NCBI RefSeq assembly: GCF_964188315.1
Contig: NC_135658.1
Span: 54,126,001-54,190,000, forward strand
DNA: 64,000 bases
Direction of reading: 5' to 3'
Origin: Podarcis muralis
Lineage: Eukaryota
Shown: piece by piece, positions 12,117 through 22,930 of the stretch
How positions within the stretch are numbered: the stretch's first letter is position 1
Layout: the number at the start of each line of letters is the position of its first letter
The notes under the pieces: model-generated
What the model saw: only the letters and a program-made list of their open reading frames with translations
What the model was told of the DNA's origin: nothing
Databases searched by the model: none
Program-made: the position numbers and the translations under genes

Positions 12117-12891
12117 TATTAGTGAAAATAACATACAAAAGTACAGTGTATTAGATATAACTGCCCAAAAGTTTATGTAAGCAATTAGGAAAATATTTTT
12201 CTTTCAAAGTTAGTTGATGATCTCTGATTTTAAATTCAAAAGGAATATATGTGGCCCTCAGTGCAAGGTATACTATCTGAGTAGGAATCCAGTGGTAACA
12301 TTGATTAGTACATGACAATTCACTTGTGTGAATCATAAGATACTATCAGCAGCAATTTGCTCATGTCCCCACGTCCAACACCCTGTGTGTTTTCGTGGGA
12401 AAGTTTGTTTGATTCTTAAAAATACATTTTCACTTCTGAAGAATAGCAATGCTTCTCTTTAGGCTACTATTTAAATATTGTGGTTGAAATCAATTGGCTG
12501 TTGTGTGACAAGACAGTGCCCTCCAGATAACCATGTATGCAAAGTTATTCATTCACCATAATTCATTTTTTTACAGCGGTTTATTTTGTGGTTGAGCTTT
12601 TTCAGCTTCAAAGAGGGGAGGACAATTTTGTACATTTGACCTTTCATGGGGCTTTCTTTTTAAAAATACTGGAAAACTTCTGCAGGATAAAGCACGAGAG
12701 TTCAGAATCAGCAACGCACAAAGGGTGACTTGTTTAAATATTAAAATAAGAAAGTAGCATGAATGCCGCTTTTAAGCTTTGAAAGACCCATTTCTACAAA
12801 ACCAGAGAATTCTAGAAGTTTGAACTTCCCTAGTAACATCAGTTTACATGTCACATTGCATACTGTGGCATTGTATCTTGCATTTACAATA

Positions 12892-13122
12892 CAATGGTAC
12901 CTTGGGTTACAGACACTTCAGGTTACAGACGCTTCAGGATACAAACTCCGCTAACCCAGAAATAGTACCTCAGGTTAAGAACTTTGCTTCAGGATAAGAA
13001 CAGAAATTGTGCGGGGGCAGTGGGAGGCCCCGTTAGCTAAAGTGGTACCTCAGGTTAAGAACAGATTCAGGTTAAGAACGGACCTCCAGAACGAATTAAG
13101 TTCTTAACCTGAGGTACCACTG
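12892..13122. mobile_element. Tc1/mariner (Tigger-type) MITE
   Basis: caatggtaccttggg ... gaggtaccactg, TA flanks; same orientation as 11888-12116. Confidence 0.9.
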
Positions 13123-15252
13123 TATGCCTGTCTCACAAAGCAAGGCTTAAAAGTGGGGGAGAGGAAAGCCAACATTACCTGAAGACAGTACTATGATTTG
13201 GAGGGGAGGGCTTTTGTTGCTGTATGTAGCTCCCACCCTATTTTCCCTGGTCACTGAATATTGTCATTATTTAAAGCAAAACACGTCCACTCTACCCTGC
13301 AACCTTCCTGCATTGAGAAAGATGGTCTGAATGGGACTTCCAGCAACATTTGTCTGAGCACAGGTACAAAGAGAGGCTTCTAAGTGTGTTCATCTGGCAA
13401 AAGAAGAAGAAGAAAAGGTCCCTCTTTTGACTCAGTCCTACAGTTTTCAGTTGAAGAAAAACTTCCATACAGGTACTCAGGGTTTGTTTTTTGTTTTTAA
13501 TGTTTCTACCAAGCTGCCTTCTATTGAGTTGGATTCTACTTGATGCAGGAAAGTTGCAAGTGGAGTTGGTGGGGATAGGGAAATGATAGAGTGTGCGGAC
13601 CTACTCCCTCATAATTTGTGCCCCCATGCATTCCAAGAATGAATAAACAGATATTCTGAAACGCCTCAATGCTTTCTCAGATCTATGGCAGGGGATCTCC
13701 TCATATTTAAAATTGATATACTATGTAATTTCATTCATGATAATAAAATTACAAGCCTGCAAGCAACATTGACTCTTCTGCCCCATTTTGCTTTTAAGTC
13801 AGTGTCCCATATTCATGCCATCTCACAAACTAACTTGGAAACTTCCTTCAGTTTCAAAAGCAGATTGGCATGTGACACCCAATCTCAAAGCCCACTTAGG
13901 TATGTGGAACTAATTGGGTGGCCAAACAAATTCCCCAGAAATCCTTGCAAATATAGTTGGTTGGTGCTTGAACAAGGAACTATTATGATGTATCACAAGA
14001 AAAAGCTTCTACATCAATGGCTGTTTTTCTTCTTTCAATTACAAGTGAGTCTAGAATGCCAACATACAGAACTCCAACCTGTTATACTAAGTGAATGCAA
14101 CAATCATCGCAAAATTGGGACATTTCAAAGGTACACGCTACATTTCAGAAGAAATGAGCATTGTATAAAGTTGTCCATGGGCATAAAATCAATCTACTAT
14201 ATAAATCTGGTTTTGGGGATGGATACAGATGTGGCCTTCTCACAGGATAAGAGCCTAATCCATCCAGAATTTCACCTCTGCAAACACCATTGAAATGAGC
14301 GGTGTGGCACAACTGCTGTTTATCCATCACAGGTGATTTTATACTGAAAAGTTCCTGTTGAATTAGTGAATTGTTTCTGTATTCCACCAAGGTTTATTCC
14401 TGCAGGTCTGGCAGATATTCAAATTATTTTTCCTTGTAATTTCATACCCATATATTTATTTATTTGTACAGTACTTCAGAGCTTTCCCCCTCACCTTAGT
14501 CAAGGTATTGCCAACTGCTCAGTCAGTTTTGTATCCAGTGCTTCTAAGATTACGCATACTTGAAGGAAGATGGAGTTACTCCAGTATTCCATATGCTCTG
14601 GGACCCTCTGCCTGCAAAACAAAACAAAACAGATTAGTAAAATACACAGCCCGTGATGCAAGCAAGGTTCCCGATACAAATAGCACCCTTCCCTTTGCAA
14701 AGGACATGCTCACAGCATGCTTTCATTTTGTTGTGCAGCTTCCCACTGACACCACAGACTGTGGCTTTTTATCTGTCAGTGATGGCCTCTTGGACTATAA
14801 TTACAGTGTGTCAGATTCTCTCTCCGTCACCACCAATGTTATTATACTCCATTGGTTTGTGGTTTCCCAGCTGAAACTTTAGCTACCTACTGGTTAAAAG
14901 TCACACATCTTAATGAAGCACATTTATCACCCTTTGCTTACATTTGTGGGTTAAGGCATATTATAATAAGCAGGGCAAAATGAGCATCAACATGTTTTTG
15001 TTCACCCTTTCTATGACGCAGATCCACACTGCAATGGGTATGTCTCTTTAAAATGCATCACTTCTCTAGCCTCTCGTTCCTTCTAGGCAGGGAAGCCATC
15101 TTCCCTGACACTTTTGAATCCACAAGCTGAAATACTGAGAGATGTTGCCTTGCAGGGAAGCTGTATAGTTTCTGTGATTTTATACACTGACCTCCCAACT
15201 TCCCTGAACATGTTAAGAGTGCTTTCCTGTATATGTTGCAAGTTGCTTGGGC

Positions 15253-15255
<3 letters not shown>

Positions 15256-15306
<51 letters not shown>
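15256..15306. repeat. (GT)n microsatellite
   Basis: About 25 perfect GT units. Confidence 0.95.
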
Positions 15307-15309
<3 letters not shown>

Positions 15310-16705
15310 TAATCAATGCAAAAGACCATAAATATAGAAGGTGTTGCCTTCATTCCTTTGTCCCTTACACCTGCAACCATTGAGAAATGCTATGTGCTGC
15401 TGCTTCACTTAATGCTCCCCGTGTGATTAATGGACTACAGTCTTCCAAAAGTTAGTTAGATGTAATATTTATTTTCTTATAGTAACAACCCACCTTCCCT
15501 TTTCGTGAGTCTTATAGTTGAGCTGTACACTCGTATAGTTTCTCACATGTAACATTCAATGAATGTGCCATCTGTGTACATGGTTGGAGAGCTGTACAAG
15601 TTGACAAGTATACACTCATTCACACAAACACTTGTGTGAACAAGCCTCTTGCTGCCTCCCCCCCCCCCCCCAAATCAGTAGGCCCTGACAGGCTTATTGA
15701 GTTTCAGTAATAGGCAGTGCTCTAAGATTCTAACTAATGCTGGGTAATGGTTTCTAGCCACCCTTTTCATTTCTCAGCATGCACTTGAACCATGGTACCA
15801 TAGTAAACCAGAGCATTGTGGGAAATTAAAAGGATGGCTAGATCCAACTGTCTGAAGCTTCTCAGAGTACAGGCAAAAAAACAACTTAAGGGGGATCCAG
15901 GGAATGCATCAGCAGTGGGCCCTGAAGCAGCTTGTTCTGCTTTCTTCTGAAGCAATAAAGAAGCATGAAAGCAATATTAGCATAGGACTAGAGTGACAAT
16001 GAGTAACAGAATTGTATATGCACGCACATCAGCTTTCTTCTGCATAACTTATATTTTCTGGGCCTATGCAAATGCAACGTGAGAGGAAATGAGACACACG
16101 TTAGACACTAAAAAAGCGGCATCACAGATTACTAGAGTTAGCACATGGCCACATTTTCACTAACCTAAGCAGGATTTTTGCAGCTTGGGTTGACTCCAGT
16201 GGTAAGCCAAGGTTCAGGCTTTTAACGCTGCATATCTTAAACAGATATAGACCATAAAAATGAACTGAAGTCATTTTTAAGAATCGGCTTAGCAATGCTG
16301 GAACACCCTTCTAAGGCCGCAGTGCTGGAAGCAATTCCCATTGAATTTAGTTTGGCTTGTTTCTAAGTAGACATGAACCACCTTGCACTACGCATTATCT
16401 CCAATTTCCTTCATCTTTAGTTATACCTGTTTTGATCCTTGGTCCCCTAATATTCAGTTATCCACCTGATGCACATAGAGACCTATCAGCTCAGCTGACT
16501 AGCCAGGCTAAAGGCCTTGTGCCTTATCTTGTGCTAGGAGCAGCTTTACTCCCAAGGTTGTAAACAGCATTCTTAAGTGTCTACATTTGACAAGAGAGAG
16601 TCCTTTGTTTCCTTGCCTAATGAATAGGTAATGAAGGGAAGACCATACATGGTATAATTAGTATTGTGTTGCAACTTTAGATTGGAGGAAGGTTATGCAT
16701 ATGTA

Positions 16706-16965
16706 CAGTCATACCTCGGGTTGAAGTAGCTTCAGGTTAAGTATTTCCGGGTTGCGCTCCACGGCGACCCGGAAGTAACGGAGCACGTTACTTCCGGGTT
16801 TCACCGCTCGCGCATGCGCAGACGCTCAAAATGACGTCGCACGCATGCGCGGAAGCGGCGAAACGCGACCCGTGCATGTGCAGACACGCAGTCGCGTGTT
16901 ACGTTTACTTCAGGATGCAAATGGGGCTCCGGAACAGATCCCCTTCGTATCCAGAGGTACCACTG
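16706..16965. mobile_element. CpG-rich Tc1/mariner (Tigger-type) MITE, distinct subfamily
   Basis: cagtcatacctcggg ... agaggtaccactg with TA flanks; interior retains many CpGs. Confidence 0.85.
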
Positions 16966-18067
16966 TATTGCTTTAACAGATAACAGCTTTGTGTAAAGCA
17001 GGCCCCACCCTTTTGGGCTTGCTCAGCTTTTGGAAGGTCATCCCACTGAGCCGTTATTGCTAGCAATAAACACCCTTTGTTTTCCCACCACCACGTGGAG
17101 TATCTCCTTTCAGCCCAGACGTTTATTTTGCTATACACCTGGCACAGGACAGGGCAGCTTCTTTTATCCAGTCTTTGTCTGACACATACCCATTTAAGCA
17201 ACGGATAGCCTAGTCCTATACCATTTTATGCAAGGAAGACAGAACAGCAAAACTCAACGAGAAACAAAAGTGGTGTTCATAATAGGAGTGCCTCTTGGAC
17301 TGCACCGCGCTAAGTAGAAAATCACAGCTATGCATGTATTGCATTAGTCATGCATAATTTTGCCCATATCGCATGACCAGATAGTCATTTTCCATTTGTG
17401 AAAGCCTTCCAAAATAAGGCAGTGGGTTCGGAGCTGTTCATGGAGGTTCTTGTATTACATGCCTTGCCTAGTTCTGATCGTTTGACTGCCAGTTTCTGGA
17501 AATCTAGCCCGTGCTGTTTAAATACTTTAAACGGCATCTGCTCAGCCAGCACAATGTCTAGCATTTGAGGTTTGGCACCCAGCTCCTCTCTCTCCACTTC
17601 TGGAGCAGAGGTGCCTGCTGGTGTCACAGCTGCAAGGAGCTCAAGTTAGGCCAGAGCTCTTGTGGGTTCTATAAAATCAACAAGGAGACCAAAAGGGAGA
17701 CAAAGGTTTCTGACTGGCTCAAGATGCTCCCTGAGCACAGAACAGCTGATCTCACACCATGTCTGCTCACTGGGAAACAGATGTGAATTGACAGACAGAG
17801 ATCCTTCAAGGACTGGCCAAGTTATACCACACTTCCAAAAGCCTGTTGTTTCTCAATAGCAATGTTTGAAAAGGAGAACTTAAGCTTGTGCTGTAGTGTT
17901 TCAGTTCCAGGCATTAATCAAATCTGCCCAACACTTCCTGACAGGCATCTTGAGTGACCAAAATTAAACAATATCAGGATTAGTGTTTACTTCATATTTG
18001 GACCGTTTTATTTTCATTTAGTTGCCAAGATGTGTCTACTGCTTAATAATAATAGAAAACCCTGTTA

Positions 18068-18286
18068 ATTATTATTATTTATTATTTCATTTATATCCCA
18101 CCTTTCCTCCAAGGAGCTTAAGGTGGTATACAGAGTCCTCCCCTCCATTTTATCCTCACAAAAGCCCTATGAGTGCTAAGAGTGAGTGACTGGCCCTTAG
18201 TCACCCAGTGAACTTAATGGCTGAGGGAGGGCTTGGACTCTGGTCTGCCAGGGCACAGTCCAACACTCTAACCACTACACCACACC
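18068..18286 (-). mobile_element. tRNA-derived CORE-type SINE (Squam3/MIR-like)
   Basis: Reverse complement begins ggtgtggtgtagtggttagagtgttggactg, contains ...tgggtgactaagggccagtcac... and ends in an aataa-type tail; forward copy at 60903-61120. Confidence 0.8.
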
Positions 18287-18530
18287 ATTGTGTAAATGAC
18301 GTGCATAAAATAATATAAAATATTGATGAGAAAAGACCAATACAATCAACAGAAACAGGCAGTGTAATAAAACTATCAAAATATAGAGAAAATTGAAAGT
18401 TTAAAAAACAATATACATAACTAAATTCCATGACTGGTTAGTCTTGTGTAAGCAGAAAAGTTTTTTAATAGTTGTGTCAGACACCTAGGGTTGCATTCCC
18501 ACAGTAAGACTTCCCCTTCCTCTCCTCTAA

Positions 18531-18915
18531 GGGACGCAGGTGGCACTGTGGTCTAAACCACTGTGCCTCTTGGGCTTGCCGATCAGAAGGTTGGCGTTTC
18601 GAATCCCTATGATGGGGTGAGCTCCTGTTGCTCTTTCCCAGCTCCTGCCAACCTAGCAGTTCGAAAGCACTCCAGTGCAAGTGGATAAATAGGTACCGCT
18701 GCAGCGGGAAGGTAAACACCGTTTCCGTGTGCTCTGGTTTCTGTCACAGTGTCCCGTTGCACCAGAAGTGGCTTAGTCATGCTGGCCACATGACCCGGAA
18801 AGCTGTCTGTGGACAAACACCGGCTCCCTCGGCCTGAAAGCGAGATAAGCGCTGCAACCCCAGTTGCCTTTGACTGGACTTAACTGTCCAGGGGTCCTTT
18901 ACTTTTACCTTTTAC
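18531..18915 (+). mobile_element. Sauria SINE
   Basis: tRNA-like head gggacgcaggtggcactgtggtctaaacc ... ttcgaatccc, core gcagttcgaaagc ... gataaataggtacc, (ACCTTT)n tail; probable TSD cctctcctct. Confidence 0.92.
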
Positions 18916-18978
18916 CCTCTCCTCTCCTCTCCCCATGAACACTACAAATTCTGCTCCAGCAGGTTATGAGGCTGTGTA

Positions 18979-19334
18979 AAGGTAAAGGTAAAAGGACCAC
19001 TGACTATTAGGTCCAGTCGTGACCGACTCTGGGGTTGTGGCGCTCATCTCGCTTTATTGGCCGAGGGAGCCGGCATACAGCTTCCGGGTCATGTGGTCAG
19101 CATGACTAAGCTGCTTCTGGTGAACCAGAGCAGCGCATGGAAATGCCGTTTACCTTCCCGCCAGAGTGGTACCTATTTATCTACTTGCACTTTGACATGC
19201 TTTCGAACTGCTAGGTTGGCAGGAGCTGGGACCAAGCAACAGGAGCTCACCCCGTCGCGGGGATTCGAACCACCGACCTTCTGATCGGCAAGTCCTAGGC
19301 TCTGTGGTTTAACCCACAGCGCCACCTGCCTCCC
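18979..19334 (-). mobile_element. Sauria SINE
   Basis: Full head-to-tail copy on the minus strand; exact 14-bp TSD tatgaggctgtgta (18965-18978 and 19335-19348). Confidence 0.95.
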
Positions 19335-20454
19335 TATGAGGCTGTGTAGAGGGCCGCAAAAGAGAGGAGAAGAAAGTACCACTAGCACATGTGGAAATTG
19401 GCTGTGCAAGTACAACAGAAGTGCTGGGTGCAACCTATTGTCACCATCTTCTTCCCAGCAGAGAGTTGGGCAGGGTAAAAGAAGCATTTGGCTTTATCCT
19501 GTGACATCCTCCACGAGAAGCTGCTCAGAGTAGCATGCCAGCCTTGATTCAGAATATGCACGCAGTTTCTAAACTTGGCTTTCCTGCATCATCAACTGTG
19601 TGAGATGCCAGAAACATGATCCCAGAGAGCCACTCAAGACTGAACTCCAAAAGAATGCCTTTCATCCTAGTCATTGCTTCAGTGGGATGGCTTGTTTACA
19701 GTCTGGAATCACTCCACCGTTTCCCCTGTCTGTTAAACTTACAAAACAGCCTGGACCTGTCATACATTACTTTTCTGTCCCAACTGCCACTTTGAAGGAA
19801 GCGTGATGCACAGAGTAATCTCTCCTCTCTCTCGGCAAGCGCCTTGCCAAGACAGCAGAGGGGAATCATCCTCCCAGTCACACTGTGAATTGCAGTTGTG
19901 TCTTGAAAGGAGGAGACAGGAAATGTGCCCACTCAGCTTTTGCACGCCTAGCCAAAAATGTCACATCAAGAGAGGGAGTCACATCAAGAGAGCGAGTTCT
20001 TGGGAGTTGAACCCATATCACAGGGCAGTTCCCTAGCCACTTAGCCACAGCAGCAGGCAGGAATTATACCTATTGTGGGACTTTTTATCTTCCACTTGCT
20101 GTATCTCCAAAACCCAGTCTTAGGTGCCAGGAATACAAGGAGTGAAGGAGGAACCCTGGTCAGGTTGAACAACTCACATTTTCATGCATTTTGTCCTAGG
20201 TATGAACCCAGAGAATAACAACATACTGTATTAAGAAAGATGAGAATACAGAGAGGGAGAGAGGGAGACCCAGACACTCCCAAGTCAGTCTAGAAGAACA
20301 TTTCATTGACCAATAGTCTGGCTTCTGCATGGGCCAACCAGCTCTTTTGACCCACCTCCTCCCACATTGGCAACCAATTTGACCAATCAATCTCCTCTAT
20401 TTTTGCTAACCCAGACTCCCAACAGGCCTAGGTGCAATTTGTCCTACTCATATG

Positions 20455-20702
20455 CAGTGCTTTTTTCTGGGGGTACGCAGGGGTACACATACCCCTAAAC
20501 ATTTTGTGAATCTAACAAGAGAAGAAACTTTTTTAAAAAAAGTTTCTTCTCTAGCACTATGAATCATCAGTTCTATTGAGTAGTGAACTGTCAGTTCCAT
20601 TGTTACGCCCAATGGCAGCCTCATTTCTTGTCACTGTGTTTCCTGAGTCTCAGACGGAATGAAAGTACCCCTAAACATTTTTAATATAGAAAAAAAGCCC
20701 TG
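20455..20702. mobile_element. hAT MITE
   Basis: TIRs cagtgcttttttct / agaaaaaaagccctg; exact 8-bp TSD ctcatatg (20447-20454 and 20703-20710); internal direct repeat tacccctaaacatttt. Confidence 0.9.
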
Positions 20703-22124
20703 CTCATATGTCCCATTCATGATCCCTCTCCATCCTCCCCTCACCCCATCTGGTTGCTGCAAATACCCTGCTAGGAACCTTGCTCCTGCAATGGATTTTA
20801 CCCTTAACCTCTCACAAATTATGTTGCTAACACCATTGTTGACATACTGCCCATTACCACTACAAAAACAGTTGAAAATTAATTGGAGCCTACCATGTCC
20901 TGGTATTAAAAAGTCAATATCCTGGGGGGGGGGTGTAAACATTCTTCAGCTAACCACTCTACTACAATTTTTAAGGAATATTCGTTTCATTACATAAAAT
21001 AAATAAAAGGAGACAATATATTCTCTGTTTATAGATGACACAGAAAGCGCATAAGGGGTGGTTTATTTTTGGAAAACAGTTCAGTCTGGTACAAAATGTT
21101 GACCCAGGGTGGTGGTGAATGTCTTTATGGGTTGGAGCCCAATTTATAGATACAGAGACTTTGGTATTTACAAGTATGTTTTATAGTATGACCCAGCAGG
21201 GATTTTACCCCCACTCCTTTACATTAAGAATATTATAATAATAAGCAGTAAAAGGAACGATAGTTGTTTTACCAGAAATGAGTCATTGTCTAACCCTCCC
21301 AAAAGAGTGTGTGGGAGGCATCGGGCCCAGACACTATTGTGATCTAGGAAGATGTCTGTAACAACCAACACTTTTACTAATGAGACCTGAGAAATGTCTT
21401 GATGATCTTCCCTAATTGCTTTGTATAATTGGAAAACTCTATGGCCCAGTCTCCACTCAGAGGTTGGGCATTTCAAAAATGCTAATCTGCAAATTATGTG
21501 AATACCACTCTAATTGGATTTTTTTGTAGTCCCTATTTGTTTATATTTAACGATGAACATTATGGAATAAAAGACCAGCAGTATTGATTATCAAAAAGAT
21601 GACATTAGAATGGCACAAAGTGTCAAGGCTTTATTAGAAGTAATTTGTCATGATCCTATCAAGGTTTCACTTGGGTGTTCCAGTGTGTTTGGAGTTTTTA
21701 TTTCTAATTAGAAGGATAAGTCCTTTTCTTCACACTTATTCTTGTTCCACAGTTATTTCCACATTGTTCTTTAAAGTACCATACTCTGTGACTTACCCAT
21801 TATAATAGTGCCTCTGAGTTGTCAATCAGAGTAAGTATTAGTTGTACTTAAAATCAGTAAAAAATTCCACCCACCTTTGGATTGGTTTTAATCTTCTGCA
21901 ACATTTCTGAGCAGAACTTCATTTTATATCTGGACAGCAACACTACAACAGTCACTTTTATAAGAGAAAAGCAGGTTTGGAAAGGATGATGGGGAGTAAT
22001 GGGTTCATTTTGCTCAAGGTGCTCAAGAGTGTGGTGGCAACTCCATGCTTTTGAGGGATAATTGTGATTATCTGGATCCATTCCATTCTGGTTTGTGTCC
22101 AGTTTGGTAACTGATGCAGTTTTG

Positions 22125-22930
22125 GTCAGCCTGGTGGACAACCTACACCAGGATGTGGTCAGTCAGTGTATTATCTTCTTGCCAATATGAAACACCTCCT
22201 ATCATATTGTCAACATGACGATAATGCCCAGCTCTATCATCCATTTTCAACAGCTCCCAAGCAGGCTGTGGAGATTCAGAATTGTTGCTTCAGGTCATTA
22301 ATAGATTGATGAGACGAGACCAAAGTGCTCCTGGTAAGAGTCTGTACTTGTTTTTGGATCCTGTGGCCAGCAGTGCTTTTGAGCAACTTCAGCTACAGCA
22401 CCAACTGTGACTGTTTCTGGAAAGGGAGGACCCAGCCAAGGTATCTCATGCCCAAGTAACAGACTGAACTTCTGTAATGCACTCTACACAGGTACTGCCT
22501 TTGAAGAGGTCCCAACTACAGTGGTACCTCAGTTTACAAACCTAATCTGTTCCGGAAGTCCATTCTTAAACCAGGGGGCACTTTCCCTAATGAGGCCTCC
22601 CTCCACCAGTGCCCTTCCACAGTTCAGCTTACGTTCTTAGACCGAGGTAAAGGTCGCAAACCAGGACACTACTTCCGGTTTTGCAGAGTTTGTAAACCGA
22701 ATAGTTCATAAACAGGGCTGTTCTAAAACTGAGGTACCACTGTACTGCAAAATGATGCAGCTAGACTTTGGGTCAAAGCCAGACCTTTGGAACATGTTAC
22801 TTAGTTATATTAGCTTCACTAGTTTCCCCTCTGTTTAGGAGCCCAGTCTGAAATCCTCGTCCTTGTCATTAATGTTGGTCCAGCGTACATGAAGGACCAT
22901 CTTCTCCTGCAATAATCTCCCCATCTGCTA
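22125..22930 (+). mobile_element. Decayed L2 LINE (RT and C-terminal remnants), split by a MITE
   Basis: Degenerate motifs QHDDNAQLY (YADDTQLY-like), RLNFCNALY, LQNDAAR and GPAYMKDHLL occur in the L2 order. Confidence 0.7.
22519..22742. mobile_element. Tc1/mariner (Tigger-type) MITE
   Basis: cagtggtacctcag ... ctgaggtaccactg with TA flanks; related to 43970-44210. Confidence 0.9.

Noticed and set aside
13685-14293. 202-aa ATG-initiated + strand ORF
   Set aside because: The composition looks like translated non-coding DNA (F/L/S/K-rich, homopolymer runs), with no domain or convincing promoter context.
17385-17786. 80-aa minus ORF (…QHGLDFQKLAVKRSELGK…) and a TATAAAA at 17670-17676 on the + strand
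   Set aside because: No homology recognised and no good splice sites for the ORF; a lone TATA motif is common by chance.
18531-18620. tRNA-like A/B boxes in SINE heads (also at 19250-19334, 34275-34360, 50210-50300 and 60903-60965)
   Set aside because: They are heads of tRNA-derived SINEs followed by SINE bodies, not tRNA genes.
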